64,000 nt of DNA from Candidatus Dormiibacterota bacterium (GCA_963708605.1 CAVPTG010000007.1:16288-80287), one strand, 5' to 3'. Numbered from the stretch's first letter, positions 27,317 to 37,875 are shown. Program-made: numbers and translations. Notes: generated from the sequence alone by a model not told the origin.

Positions 27317-27733
27317 TCAGGACTCGGGTCGGCCGGCTTCCTGCACCATCCAGCGATTGCCATCGGGGTCGCTGAAGGCGAGAAACGAGTTGAAGGCAGA
27401 TCGATCCGGATCGAGGCCCGGCATCTGCGCACCCGTCGCGAAGTCGAAGTGAAAGGGCTCGCCCGTGTCGAGACCACGCTCCGAGAGCTCGTCTCGCGCA
27501 GCGGTGACGTCGGACACGACCAGTTGCAGCCCCTGCGCCGAGCCAGCGGCTTCGGCATTCCTCATCAAGGCGATTGAGCAGGCCGAGCCGCGAGGGGTCA
27601 GCTGGACGACGCGGAAATCCTCGCCGGCGCTGTGGTCGACATCGAGCCTGAACCCGGCGCGATCGACGTAGAAGGCCTTGGCGCGGTCAACGTCGGACAC
27701 CGGGACGACCACGAGCTCCAGCTTCCAGTCCAC
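27317..27733 (-). CDS. VOC/glyoxalase family protein
   Basis: PVSDVDRAKAFY, QLTPRGSACSI, FSDPDGNRW. Confidence 0.88.
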   Translation of the reverse strand: MDWKLELVVVPVSDVDRAKAFYVDRAGFRLDVDHSAGEDFRVVQLTPRGSACSIALMRNAEAAGSAQGLQLVVSDVTAARDELSERGLDTGEPFHFDFATGAQMPGLDPDRSAFNSFLAFSDPDGNRWMVQEAGRPES

Positions 27734-27767
27734 GGCTGCAGTTTCTCATCTCGCGCGTGGCGAGCGG

Positions 27768-29057
27768 CTACCCGACCGGTTGCGCCGACAGGGTCGTGAC
27801 CGCTTCCTCGATCACGCCGATCGCCCGATCGAGGTCGTCCTCGCCGATCACCAGGGGTGGCTGAATGCGGACGACGTTGCCCAGCGACCCGCCGACGCCG
27901 ATGAGCACGCCACGCTCGCGACAATGCCGTTTGACCGCGGCAGCCTCAGCGGTCGCGGGCTCCTTGGTCACACGATCGCGCACCAGCTCGACGCCGATCA
28001 TCAGCCCACTTCCTCGAATGTCACCGACCAGCTCCGACTCAGCGGCAAACGCATCGAGACGTGCCCTCACCATCGCGCCAACCCGTGCCGCGCGTTCGGG
28101 CAGGCGTTCGTCGACGAGCATGTCGATCGTGGCCACACCCGCCGCACAGGAGACCGGATTGCCACCGAAGGTGCTCATGTGATCGCCGGGTTCGAACGCA
28201 TCCGCGACGTCCTCGCGCGCGATGAAGGCGCCCAGTGGGAAGCCGCTCGCGATCCCCTTGGCCATGGTCATGATGTCGGGCTCCACGTCGTACGCCTCGA
28301 TCGCGAACATCCGGCCACTGCGGCCGAACCCACTCTGCACCTCGTCGACGATGAGCAGAATTCCGCGGGCATCGAGGATCTCCTTGACCCGCTGGAGGTA
28401 TCCGGCAGGGAGCGGGATGATGCCGCCCTCACCGATGATCGGCTCCACGATGAACGCGGCGACGTCGTCGCTGGTGTCGTACCGAATGACATCCTCGACG
28501 GCATCGGCACATGCCAGCGAGCACGAGCCCGAGCACATGCGGCAGCGATACGGATTCGGCGTGGGAGCGAACGCGATCCCAGCGATCTGCGCCCCGCCGC
28601 GATGCTTGCGCAGCGCGTTGCCGGTGACCGCCAGCGCGCCGGCGGTGCGGCCGTGGAACGAGCCTTGCAGCGCGATGACCTCGCGGCGCCCGGTTGACAC
28701 GCGGGCCAGGCGAAGCGCTCCTTCAACGGCCTCGGCGCCGCTGTTGCCGAAGAAGGTCTTCTGCAGGCGGCCGGGCGTCACCTGGGCGAGCCGCTCGGCG
28801 AGGTCGGCCACGATGGGGACGTGATAGACATACGAGCAGGAGTGCACCACCTTGTCCATCTGCCGTTTGGCGGCTTCCGCAACCTTCGGGGGCACATGCC
28901 CGGCGTTCACCACACCGATGCCGGAGTAGAGGTCGGTGTACTCGGTGCCGTCGGTTGCGGTCACGGTCGCGCCGCGAGCACTCTCGACGGTGATCGGTTC
29001 GACCGTGGCGAGCGCGCTGGTGGTGAGGTAGCGGCGGTATTTCTCGACCGTGTCCAT
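27768..29057 (-). CDS. Class III aminotransferase (GabT-like)
   Basis: NSGAEAVE, SFHGRT, IVDEVQSGFGRSG, MAKGIASG, STFGGNP. Confidence 0.9.
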   Translation of the reverse strand: MDTVEKYRRYLTTSALATVEPITVESARGATVTATDGTEYTDLYSGIGVVNAGHVPPKVAEAAKRQMDKVVHSCSYVYHVPIVADLAERLAQVTPGRLQKTFFGNSGAEAVEGALRLARVSTGRREVIALQGSFHGRTAGALAVTGNALRKHRGGAQIAGIAFAPTPNPYRCRMCSGSCSLACADAVEDVIRYDTSDDVAAFIVEPIIGEGGIIPLPAGYLQRVKEILDARGILLIVDEVQSGFGRSGRMFAIEAYDVEPDIMTMAKGIASGFPLGAFIAREDVADAFEPGDHMSTFGGNPVSCAAGVATIDMLVDERLPERAARVGAMVRARLDAFAAESELVGDIRGSGLMIGVELVRDRVTKEPATAEAAAVKRHCRERGVLIGVGGSLGNVVRIQPPLVIGEDDLDRAIGVIEEAVTTLSAQPVG

Positions 29058-29071
29058 GCTGCTCGCTCCTC

Positions 29072-29848
29072 TCAGAAGGTGGGTGGGGTGTTGACCCAGA
29101 ACATCCGGGTCGTCTCGCTGGTTTGATTCATCCAGCGATGCTGCTGAAGACTGTGGAAATACAACGTGTCGCCTGCCTCGACGTGGTAGTGCTCGGTCTC
29201 GTCGAGCCACACGTCAAGCTCGCCGCTGAGCACGAAGATCGCCTCCTCGCCCGCGTGCGAATATGCCCCGCCGCTGCCACCGCCCGGAGCGACGCTGAAG
29301 ATGTCGATCTCCAGCACCGCATTGGGAAACGTGACCAGGTCCTCGATCTCGACGCGGTCGAAGCCACGCAGCCGGCGACGCTCGGTCTCGCGAACCAGCT
29401 TCGGCCCCGCGGTGCCGGCGGGCGCTGCGCCGAAGAATTCGAGCAGCGTGCCGCCATATGCCGACGCCACCCGCTGGAGGAGCGACACCGAGGGTTCGGC
29501 CAGTCCTCGCTCGACCAGGCTCAAGTACGACGCCGAGATGCCGGCACGCTCCGCGGCGCTGCGCAACGAGAGGGCACGTTTGGTGCGCGCGGCGCGCAGG
29601 CGTTTGCCGACGGCGTGGTCCTCGGGCACGGCCTCGCCGGCGATGAGCGACTGCAGCGCCGGGGGCGCGAATCCGCGGGTGAGCAGGGCGCGCACGTCGC
29701 GAAGTCGCGCGATGTCGTCAGACGTGTACCGACGATGGCGCCCACCGGCGCGCAGCGGGCGGACCAGCCCCTTGCGTTCCCACGCCCTGAGCGTGGACGG
29801 GCTGACGCCGACTCGCCGGGCGACCTCGCCGATGCGGATGTCGTCCAC
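29072..29848 (-). CDS. MerR-HTH + XRE-HTH + cupin regulator (PuuR-like)
   Basis: IGEVARRVGVSPSTLRAWE; SLRSAAERAGISASYLSLVERG; HAGEE...GDTLYF...HRW; AGGAG upstream of GTG 29848. Confidence 0.85.
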   Translation of the reverse strand: MDDIRIGEVARRVGVSPSTLRAWERKGLVRPLRAGGRHRRYTSDDIARLRDVRALLTRGFAPPALQSLIAGEAVPEDHAVGKRLRAARTKRALSLRSAAERAGISASYLSLVERGLAEPSVSLLQRVASAYGGTLLEFFGAAPAGTAGPKLVRETERRRLRGFDRVEIEDLVTFPNAVLEIDIFSVAPGGGSGGAYSHAGEEAIFVLSGELDVWLDETEHYHVEAGDTLYFHSLQQHRWMNQTSETTRMFWVNTPPTF

Positions 29849-29929
29849 GCGCGCACTCCTCGACACGACCCGGGGCGGGCAGCAGCTACGCTGTCCGACC
29901 AGGTCGAACTTGTCACTGTTGAGTAGATT

Positions 29930-31243
29930 ATGAGCCTCTGGTCGCCCCCCGGTCCGCCCGGCAGACGCGCCGCGCCACTCGCCGAGAACTACCGCGAAGC
30001 GCCGCTCTGGTGGGACGACACCGAATTCCCACCGCTTGCGACGTCGCCACTTCCGGCAACCGCCGATGTGGTCGTCGTCGGGGCCGGATTCACCGGGCTG
30101 GCCGCCGCCGCGCGGCTCGGCGCCCTCGGGAAGCACGTGGTCGTGGTTGACCGAGACGCGTTGGGCGAGGGCGCGAGCGGACGCAACGCAGGGATGATCC
30201 ACGGTGGTGTTCGGCACGATGTCGCGTTGCTCGAGCGGAAATACGGCGCCGCAGGCCGCGCACTGCACGAAGCGAGCGTCGAAGCCTATGCCTTCGTCGC
30301 GCGGACCGCCGCCACAGCGGCTCCGGACGCGATGTACACGCAGTCCGGCTGGTTGCACCTCGCCCACCGCAGGTCGCGGATGGCGCGACTCCGGCGCGAG
30401 GAGGTGGAACGGCGGACGCGCCTCGGTGAGGCCACGGTGATGCTCGAGGAGCCGGCGCTCGAGAGCGAGACTCCCGGCCGCGGGTTTCACGGCGGGATGC
30501 TGACGGACAACGGGGCGAGCATCCATCCCGCTCGATACCTCGCCGGGCTGGCACGTCTCGCACTCGCGAGCGGCGCCGACGTGCACGAGAACACCCACGT
30601 CACGTCCATCGAGCCGCTCGGCACGGGATCGCTCGTCCACACCTCGGGCGGCGACATCAGCGCCGGTGACGTGCTCGTTGCCACAAACGGATACACGGAC
30701 GGCGCTGCTCCATGGGCTCGGCGGAGGATCATCCCGATCGGCAGCTACATCATCGCCACCGAGCCGCTGGGCGACGTGCGCGCCGCAGATATCAGCCCGC
30801 AGCGCCGGATGATGAGCGACACGCGAAATTTCCTGCATTACTGGCGTCTCTCGCCCGACGGACGGCTGGTCTTCGGCGGCAGGACGAGCTTCGCGCCGGT
30901 CACCGTGCAGACCGCCCGCGACCGTTTGTATGGGGCGATGATCGGGATCTACCCGCAACTTGCCGGCGTGCGCGTGAGCCATGCGTGGACGGGCACGGTC
31001 GGCTTCACGTTCGACCAGCTGCCGCACCTCACGCGGTCGGACGGCATCACCTACGCGATGGGGTACTGCGGCAGTGGCGTGGCGCTGGGCAGCTGGATGG
31101 GAACCCTCGCCGCGGAGTGGATCGCCAGGGGCGCCCGGCCAGCCTTTTCGGACCTCCGCTTTCCGCGGATCCCGTTGTACCGGGGGCACCCCTGGTTCCT
31201 CCCACTCGTCGGCGCGTATTACGGGTTGCTCGATCGGCTCTGA
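29930..31243 (+). CDS. FAD-dependent oxidoreductase (PuuB/DadA family)
   Basis: VVGAGFTG, GASGRNAG, ATNGY, GYCGSGV. Confidence 0.9.
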   Translation: MSLWSPPGPPGRRAAPLAENYREAPLWWDDTEFPPLATSPLPATADVVVVGAGFTGLAAAARLGALGKHVVVVDRDALGEGASGRNAGMIHGGVRHDVALLERKYGAAGRALHEASVEAYAFVARTAATAAPDAMYTQSGWLHLAHRRSRMARLRREEVERRTRLGEATVMLEEPALESETPGRGFHGGMLTDNGASIHPARYLAGLARLALASGADVHENTHVTSIEPLGTGSLVHTSGGDISAGDVLVATNGYTDGAAPWARRRIIPIGSYIIATEPLGDVRAADISPQRRMMSDTRNFLHYWRLSPDGRLVFGGRTSFAPVTVQTARDRLYGAMIGIYPQLAGVRVSHAWTGTVGFTFDQLPHLTRSDGITYAMGYCGSGVALGSWMGTLAAEWIARGARPAFSDLRFPRIPLYRGHPWFLPLVGAYYGLLDRL

Positions 31244-32820
31244 TCAGTCGGGTCCGCTCCCGGACCAGCGCCGGCGGCTGCGACCGCCAGATCCACCGGC
31301 CGCTCCCCGCCGACCGAGGCCATGAGCTGGCCTCTGACCTCCACGTATGACACGGTCTTCTCGTGAAAGAAATCCGATCGCGAGGTCATTGCGGCGAGGA
31401 TCACCAAGGGTAGCCCGAGGGCGATCGTGATGAGGATCGGCAAGCTCGTGCCCCAGTCCGGCGACTGTCCGAATGGCAGCGTGTTCGGCGCGATCACGAC
31501 ATAGGCGATCAGGAGGAGGTACACACCTCCGAGCAGTGGGAGCAGACCGGCGAAGAAGAACCGGCTCGCGCTCGTGAGCAGCACCTTGCGGAACGCCCAT
31601 GCGCACGCAATGCCGGTGATCCCGTAGTACAGGGCAACAAGCACCCCGATGTCGAGGATCAGGTTGGCGAAGACGCTGCCGACGTTGTCGAACACCACGG
31701 TCAGCACGATGACGATGATCGCCAGCCCGGACGAGATGATGGTCCCGACCCACGGGGTCTTCCAGCTCTTATGGACCGTCCCGAACGCCTTGGGGAAGAC
31801 CCCGTCCCGCGACATCGAGTAGGTGAGGCGGCTCGACGGCAGCAGCGTGGTCTGGGTGGTGGCGACGGTGGAGGAGAGCACCGCGAGCACCATGAAGTAC
31901 GCCACCGGAGTCCCCGAGATCTGCTGCGCGAAGAAGTAGAGGATGTCGTTCTGGTTGTTGGGGTCGTTGATCGCATGCAGCGAGAGGAAGGACTGGATCG
32001 CGCCGTCCGCGACAAGGAAGATGAACAGGAGGATGAACATGCTGTAGATGCCGGCCAGGCCCGGCGATTCATTCGCGTCCTTGGACTCCTCGTTCACGTT
32101 GGCCGCCGTGTCCCAGCCCCAGAAGAAGAACACCGCCAGCGCCGACCCGGTCGCGAGACCATTGAGGTCGTGCAACTGCAGCGGGTTGAACCACTGCGCG
32201 GAGATCGCGTTCGCGGCGGCATGGCCGCCGACGATCTTGCCGATTGCCCAGAGGGCAAAGGCCAGAACGATCAGGTACTCGATGAACACCAGGATCCACT
32301 GGAAGTTCGCGGTCACCCGAATACCCCGGGCCACCATGAACGTCACGAGCAGCAGCCACAGCACGCCGACCGCGGCTATCAGACGGTTGTCACCCGCGGC
32401 CGTGGCACTGACCCACCCAAAGCTGTTGAAGAGTTGCAGCGTATAGGCGCCCGCGATCAATGGCGCGGCTGCGCAGAAGAGGACATTCGCAGCGAGTTGG
32501 ATCCACCCTGATACCCAGCCGATGTACGGGTTGAGCGTCCTGCTCACCCAGGAGTACGACGCACCGCAGTTCGGGTCCTGCCGGTTCAGGTAGTAGTACG
32601 CGATGGCGATGCAGAGCACCGGCAGGAATCCCACCAGGATCGCAGCCGGCGAGGCGAGACCGACCGCGACGATGAGAAACGCCGCGGTCGCCGCGAGCGT
32701 ATACGCCGGCGCCACGCTCGACGTCGCGATGACCGTCGTGTCGAACAGCGTGAGCGTGTTGACCTTGAGCTCCGATTCGACCGGCTTCCCGAGCACGATC
32801 GGCTCGACTAACGTCGCCAT
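31219..32820 (-). CDS. APC-family amino acid/polyamine permease
   Basis: About 12 TM segments; FWGWDTAANVNEE, SRDGVFP, WKTPW. Confidence 0.9.
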   Translation of the reverse strand: MATLVEPIVLGKPVESELKVNTLTLFDTTVIATSSVAPAYTLAATAAFLIVAVGLASPAAILVGFLPVLCIAIAYYYLNRQDPNCGASYSWVSRTLNPYIGWVSGWIQLAANVLFCAAAPLIAGAYTLQLFNSFGWVSATAAGDNRLIAAVGVLWLLLVTFMVARGIRVTANFQWILVFIEYLIVLAFALWAIGKIVGGHAAANAISAQWFNPLQLHDLNGLATGSALAVFFFWGWDTAANVNEESKDANESPGLAGIYSMFILLFIFLVADGAIQSFLSLHAINDPNNQNDILYFFAQQISGTPVAYFMVLAVLSSTVATTQTTLLPSSRLTYSMSRDGVFPKAFGTVHKSWKTPWVGTIISSGLAIIVIVLTVVFDNVGSVFANLILDIGVLVALYYGITGIACAWAFRKVLLTSASRFFFAGLLPLLGGVYLLLIAYVVIAPNTLPFGQSPDWGTSLPILITIALGLPLVILAAMTSRSDFFHEKTVSYVEVRGQLMASVGGERPVDLAVAAAGAGPGADPTDQSRSSNP

Positions 32821-32862
32821 GGTTTCCTCCTCACCGTGTCCTCCTGGGTGGCGCCTGAGAGA

Positions 32863-34305
32863 TCAGGCGTCGTTGTTGCTCATCACGTGCTTGATGCGCG
32901 TGTAGTCCTCGAACCCGTACATCGAAAGATCCTTGCCGTACCCCGAATGCTTGAACCCGCCGTGGGGCATCTCGGAAACGAGCGGAATGTGTGTGTTGAT
33001 CCAGACGCAGCCGAAATCCAGCGCGCGAGCCATGCGCATCGCGCGTCCATGGTCGCGGGTCCAGACGCTCGCGCTGAGACCGTATTCGACGCCGTTGGCC
33101 CACTCGAGCGCCGTAGCCTCGTCGTCGAATCGCTGGACCGTGATCACCGGGCCGAAGATCTCGCGCTGGATGAGGTCGTCGTCCTGGCGCAGGCCGGCGA
33201 TGACCGTCGCCTCGTGGAAATAGCCGCGCTCCCCGACGCGGTGCCCTCCGGCGACCACGCCGGCGTGTGCCGGTGCGTTACCGACGAGGTCGCGCACGCG
33301 GTCGAGCTGCCGGGCATTGTTGAGTGGTCCGAAGGCAACCTCGTCGTCATCAGGCGCCCCGGTCTTGTTGGCCGCAGCCTGCTCGGCGAGCGCGGCCACC
33401 AGCTCATCGTGGACCGACGCGGATGCAAGCACTCGGGTGGCCGCGGTGCAGTCCTGCCCGGCATTGAAGTACCCGGCCATCGCAACCGCCTCGGCGGTGG
33501 AGGCGACATCCGAGTCGTCGAAGACGATCACCGGTGCCTTGCCGCCGAGCTCGAGGTGGACCCGCTTGAGGTCGCCGGCGGCCGCGCGTGCGACCTCCAT
33601 CCCGGCGCGGACGCTGCCGGTGATCGATGCCATGGCCGGGATCCTGTGAGTCACCAGGGCGGCGCCGGTCGTCGGGTCGCCGCAGATGACGTTGAAGACA
33701 CCGGGTGGCAGAAACTCCGCCATGATCTCGGCCATCAGGAGTGTGGTCACCGGGGTGGTGTCGGACGGCTTGAGGACCACGGTATTGCCCGCGGCGATCG
33801 CCGGCGCCCACTTCCAGATCGCCATCAGCATCGGGTAGTTCCAGGGCGTCACCTGCGCGCAGACACCAAGGGGTTCGCGGCGGATCATCGAGGTGTGGCC
33901 CGTCATGTACTCGCCGGCGCTCGTCCCCTCGAGGATCCTCGCGCACCCCGCAAAGAAGCGCACCGGGTCGATCAATTGCGGGATCTCCTCGCTGCGCGTG
34001 AGCGAGATCGGCTTGCCGGTGTTCTCACATTCGAGGGCGACGAATTCCTCCGATCGCTTCTCGAACGCATCGGCGATGCGCAGGAGCGCCAGACTGCGCT
34101 CTCGCGGCGTCGTGTCGCGCCAACCACTGAAGGCGCGCTGTGCTGCCTGGAGCGCGACGTCCACGTCGGCCGGGCTCGATACCGGTGCCCGCGCGAATTC
34201 CTCACCCGTGGCCGGGTTGATCAGCGGCGTCGACGCATCGGTGCTCGGCTCGCGATATGCACCGTCGACGAAGTTGCGAAGGGTGCGAACCGCGACCGTG
34301 CTCAT
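32863..34305 (-). CDS. Gamma-aminobutyraldehyde dehydrogenase (PatD-like)
   Basis: PWNYP, LELGGKAP, NAGQDCTA, EIFGPV, SGYGKDLS. Confidence 0.88.
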   Translation of the reverse strand: MSTVAVRTLRNFVDGAYREPSTDASTPLINPATGEEFARAPVSSPADVDVALQAAQRAFSGWRDTTPRERSLALLRIADAFEKRSEEFVALECENTGKPISLTRSEEIPQLIDPVRFFAGCARILEGTSAGEYMTGHTSMIRREPLGVCAQVTPWNYPMLMAIWKWAPAIAAGNTVVLKPSDTTPVTTLLMAEIMAEFLPPGVFNVICGDPTTGAALVTHRIPAMASITGSVRAGMEVARAAAGDLKRVHLELGGKAPVIVFDDSDVASTAEAVAMAGYFNAGQDCTAATRVLASASVHDELVAALAEQAAANKTGAPDDDEVAFGPLNNARQLDRVRDLVGNAPAHAGVVAGGHRVGERGYFHEATVIAGLRQDDDLIQREIFGPVITVQRFDDEATALEWANGVEYGLSASVWTRDHGRAMRMARALDFGCVWINTHIPLVSEMPHGGFKHSGYGKDLSMYGFEDYTRIKHVMSNNDA

Positions 34306-35672
34306 GCCTTCAAGTCCCGGGCCAGCTCGCGGAAGTTGCTGACGTAACGCCTGACGTCCTCCGACGAATGCTGGACCGAGAGAGTCCAGTTCTCCTCTGC
34401 GCCCGGCGCCATCAGCACGCCGCGATTGGTCTGGTAGAGCCAGGAGACGTAGGCCAGCGACTTGTCCATGGCCGCATAGTCGCGGTAGTTGCGCACCGGT
34501 TCCTCGCGGTAGGTGACGCAGCCTCGGGCGCCCATCGAGACCACGTGGAACGGCAGGCTGTACTCGGACATCACATCGCGAAGCCCGCCGCTGAGCTCCT
34601 CGGTCAGCGCGTCGAGGTGCGAATAGGCCTGGCCTGTGAGCACCTCGATCAGCGTGGCCCGCGACGCCGCCGTGGTCAGCGGATTGCCATTGAAGGTGCC
34701 GAGCTGCGCGACCTTGCCGTCGCTGATGGTCGCCATGATGTCGGCGCGTCCGCCGACGGCGCCGCAGGGGAGTCCGCCGCCGATCGCCTTGGCAAGGCAG
34801 ACGATGTCGGGGACGACGCCGAAGCGCTCGGTGGCGCCACCGGGAGCGATCGTGACCCCGGTCTTGACCTCGTCGAAGATGGCCACGGCGCCGTGCCGGT
34901 GTGCGGTCTCGACGAGGCCGGCCAGGTAACCGTCGTCCGGCAGCACAAAGCCGATGTTCATCATCGCCGGCTCGACGATCACCGCCGCCACCTCGCCGGG
35001 ATGAGCGGCAAAGGCGCGCTCCAGCGAGGCGAGATCGTTGAAGCCGACGACGGTGGTGAGCTCGACGGTCGACTTCGGGATGCCGCCGGTCATCGGCACG
35101 GAATTCGGGAAATCCGAATCGCCCATGGCATCGATGGGTGGCTCGACCGAGACCAGCAGCGCATCGTGGTGGCCGTGGTACGAGGCCTCGATCTTGATGA
35201 TCCGCTCGCGATCGGTGAACCCGCGCGCCAGGCGGATCGCGTCCAACGTGGACTCGGTGCCGCTGTTGGTGAAGCGCCACTGCGGCTGATGGAACCGGCG
35301 CGCCAGCTCGCGCGCGACGACGATGTTTTCGGCCACCGGCTGGGCAAAGTGTGATCCGCGGTGAATCTGTGATTCGACCGCCGCGACGATCGCCGGATGC
35401 GCATGGCCGACGACCATGACCCCGAACCCATTGTGAAAGTCGACGTACTCGTTGCCGTCGACGTCCCACACCCGGCTGCCCTTCCCGTGGTCGATGAACA
35501 CCGGTTGCGGCGGCGTGTCCTGGAAGGAGCTCGGCACGCCGCGCGGGATGTACGCGGTTGCCTCCTTCCACAGCTCGCGCGAACGCGTACGTCGTGAACG
35601 GAAGTCGGCCTCCTCGCGGGCGGTCAGCGATGCGACCCGTTCCGAATCGACGTCACCCAAGCTCAAGCCCAT
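34302..35672 (-). CDS. Class III aminotransferase (GSA-aminomutase-like)
   Basis: RFTNSGTE, FDEVKTG, AKAIGGG, GTFNGNP. Confidence 0.88.
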   Translation of the reverse strand: MGLSLGDVDSERVASLTAREEADFRSRRTRSRELWKEATAYIPRGVPSSFQDTPPQPVFIDHGKGSRVWDVDGNEYVDFHNGFGVMVVGHAHPAIVAAVESQIHRGSHFAQPVAENIVVARELARRFHQPQWRFTNSGTESTLDAIRLARGFTDRERIIKIEASYHGHHDALLVSVEPPIDAMGDSDFPNSVPMTGGIPKSTVELTTVVGFNDLASLERAFAAHPGEVAAVIVEPAMMNIGFVLPDDGYLAGLVETAHRHGAVAIFDEVKTGVTIAPGGATERFGVVPDIVCLAKAIGGGLPCGAVGGRADIMATISDGKVAQLGTFNGNPLTTAASRATLIEVLTGQAYSHLDALTEELSGGLRDVMSEYSLPFHVVSMGARGCVTYREEPVRNYRDYAAMDKSLAYVSWLYQTNRGVLMAPGAEENWTLSVQHSSEDVRRYVSNFRELARDLKA

Positions 35673-35776
35673 CGATCAGGTCCCTCCAGTAGCCCGTGCC
35701 GGCGCAAAAATTCTACTGAACGCCTGTAGAATCTGGGCTACGTTAGACGCAAACCCGGTGGACCGTCAAGCGCTCG

Positions 35777-36091
35777 TCAGCGCCAGTCCAGACGGGTGAC
35801 CTCGCCGTCCAGGATCTCGACGGTTCGGTTCGTGCAGGGACCATGACCCCAGAGCGTCCACATCCCGGTTCCGAGCGACGGGAAGAGCGCAACCGGGAGC
35901 GTGCTGCCGGACATCGGCCGCTCGTGCACGCCCGTGTGGGTGCGGGCCTCAGGCTGCCCGACGGGGCTGACCTCGATCTCGGTGTGGAGGAGCGCCGCCG
36001 GCACGATCACCAGCAGCGCTCCTGTCCCACCGCCGATGTCGAGGACCGCCGGCCCGCGGGGAGCGGGACCGGCTGGCTCGATCAGGTTCAA
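35777..36091 (-). CDS. Hypothetical protein linked to the DUF4331 gene
   Basis: VLDIGGGTGAL...RTHTGVHER; overlaps the DUF4331 stop. Confidence 0.65.
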   Translation of the reverse strand: MNLIEPAGPAPRGPAVLDIGGGTGALLVIVPAALLHTEIEVSPVGQPEARTHTGVHERPMSGSTLPVALFPSLGTGMWTLWGHGPCTNRTVEILDGEVTRLDWR

Positions 36092-37467
36092 CTCGGGGTG
36101 TCGAATCCGTTGAGTGGCATGCCCAGGTACGGGAAGTGGTCGATGTACCGGCCGTTCCCCGGAACCGAACCGCCGCTGAACTGGGCGGATGAGAAGTCGC
36201 TGACCGCGCCCGCGGCGCCGTCCGGCGTGAAGCTCGTGTCGACCAGCGGGATGGTGGCGCCGGCGATCGCGCGGATCTCGATGGTGGCCACGTCATCGAA
36301 CACCCGGCGGCCGTTCGGGAACCCGGCGAGGTCCCCACCGAGGATGCCGTTCAGACTGGGCGACGATGCCGGTGGTATCGCCATGTTGAGGCGCAACAGG
36401 TCCGCCGGCGTCGAGCCGGTGTTGTTCTGGAATCCCGCGATGATTCCCGACGGGATGCCGGTGAGCAGGATCGCCTCGAGGTCGGCGCGTGCGGACGTGT
36501 AGGCGGCGAGGTGTGGGAAAACGCCCGGGTAGAGCACCGGCAGCAGCCCGGCGAGCTCGGGATGAGCGTAGTTGGCCACGAACTGCGCATCGTTCCTGGG
36601 CTTGCTCGAGTTCCAGAAGTCCTTCTTGCCGATCGGGATGACGACCTCGTTCACCAGGGGCATGCCCAGGCGCGAGACCTGCACCCAGGGGCCGACGTCC
36701 ATCGCGTGACCGCCGTGCTCGAGCACGGTCGACTTGCGACGGCTGGCCGTCGTATAGACACCGATGACCGAGTCGGCGCTCGTCGGATCGGTGGGCATCT
36801 CGCCGTGCCTGGTGAGATGGGTCTTGGGGATCTGGATCGCGATCGTGTGAACGTTGAGGTGCTTGGTGGAATCAACACCACCAACCGCGGGCAGCGGGAT
36901 GAGATGGGCGTTCTGGAAGGGACGCAGCACGCCGAGGTCGAAGATCGATCCCAGGTCGACGTAGAACCCCTCGCGCCGCTGGCCGGCGAAGACCCACCCG
37001 CCGTCGAGGGAATGAACCGCCGCCTGCGCGAGCGCGCTGTAGTTCGGTGTCGAGCGCACACCGACGTTGACCGGCGGGCAGGCGAGCCTGGAGGCGAGCA
37101 CTTCGGCGATGCCGTGCTCGATCCGGGTCACCGAGTAGAACTGGCGGACGTTCCAGCTCGAGCTGGTCAGGCTGGTGATCGGGCCCGTGTTGTACAGGAA
37201 GGTGTTCGGGTCGGTGTACTCGGTGGTGAACTGGAATTGATAGGTGATCGCGTCCGCCACGGTGCCGCCGTTGGTGACGGTGATCTCGTAGAGCACGTCG
37301 TCGCCGAAGCTGTAGAAGTTCGGTCCGCCGTCCGGTCCCTCGAGCGGGATGTAGTTGGCGATCAGCGTCACCGTGTCCGGATGATCCGGGCTGGTGAACG
37401 CGTAAAGGTCAGTACTGTCAGCAACCGGGTCCTTCGAGATTCCCGGTGCTTCACGATGCGAAGACAT
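36088..37467 (-). CDS. DUF4331 family protein
   Basis: MSSHREAP, DLYAF, QVSRLGMPLVNE, GFPNGRR..DD, FPYL. Confidence 0.9.
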   Translation of the reverse strand: MSSHREAPGISKDPVADSTDLYAFTSPDHPDTVTLIANYIPLEGPDGGPNFYSFGDDVLYEITVTNGGTVADAITYQFQFTTEYTDPNTFLYNTGPITSLTSSSWNVRQFYSVTRIEHGIAEVLASRLACPPVNVGVRSTPNYSALAQAAVHSLDGGWVFAGQRREGFYVDLGSIFDLGVLRPFQNAHLIPLPAVGGVDSTKHLNVHTIAIQIPKTHLTRHGEMPTDPTSADSVIGVYTTASRRKSTVLEHGGHAMDVGPWVQVSRLGMPLVNEVVIPIGKKDFWNSSKPRNDAQFVANYAHPELAGLLPVLYPGVFPHLAAYTSARADLEAILLTGIPSGIIAGFQNNTGSTPADLLRLNMAIPPASSPSLNGILGGDLAGFPNGRRVFDDVATIEIRAIAGATIPLVDTSFTPDGAAGAVSDFSSAQFSGGSVPGNGRYIDHFPYLGMPLNGFDTPS

Positions 37468-37509
37468 GTTTACCCCTCGTGAGGTTGTGGATGCGGTTCT
37501 GTGCGTGCG

Positions 37510-37779
37510 TCAGCGCGCTGCGCGCTGAAGACGCCGGATGAGCTGCGGATCCCTGGTCACGACCTCGCGATGGCCGACCATCACGGAGATCTCGCCGGTC
37601 GCCGCATCGCGGACATATGCGGTCATCGGCTCGCCAGACATCGGACCGTCACTCGCGTCGGCGACGTTCTGAGCCGCCTCTACGAGGGTGCTCGGCCCGG
37701 CGACCAGCCCCATCGCCGCAACTCCGCCCGCTGCCCCCACCGTTGTGGACAGAAACGTCCGCCGTGTCACCTTGGCCAT
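37510..37779 (-). CDS. Small Tat-signal protein
   Basis: MAKVTRRTFL twin-arginine motif. Confidence 0.75.
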   Translation of the reverse strand: MAKVTRRTFLSTTVGAAGGVAAMGLVAGPSTLVEAAQNVADASDGPMSGEPMTAYVRDAATGEISVMVGHREVVTRDPQLIRRLQRAAR

Positions 37780-37849
37780 GTGCACACCTCTCTGGGGCGG
37801 TCGTTGGCGATCCGGTTGGCCGTCTTGTCACCGCCCAGTCACCGCTTGG

Positions 37850-37875
37850 TACGCACGGCTCCGGGCACCGGATCA
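37850..37875 (-). promoter_or_regulatory. Possible ECF-type promoter
   Basis: TGATCC-N16-CGTA upstream of the Tat/DUF4331 operon. Confidence 0.4.

Noticed and set aside
25483-27760. Second island integrated at tRNA-Leu
   Set aside because: No duplicated tRNA-Leu fragment or integrase was seen downstream.
29072-31189. 705-aa regulator
   Set aside because: The upstream part is antisense to the FAD oxidoreductase; an SD and the domain boundary place the start at 29848.
32863-35571. 902-aa ORF as an aminotransferase-dehydrogenase fusion
   Set aside because: The N-terminal half is an off-frame shadow of 34302-35672; the dehydrogenase starts at 34305 with an ATGA overlap.
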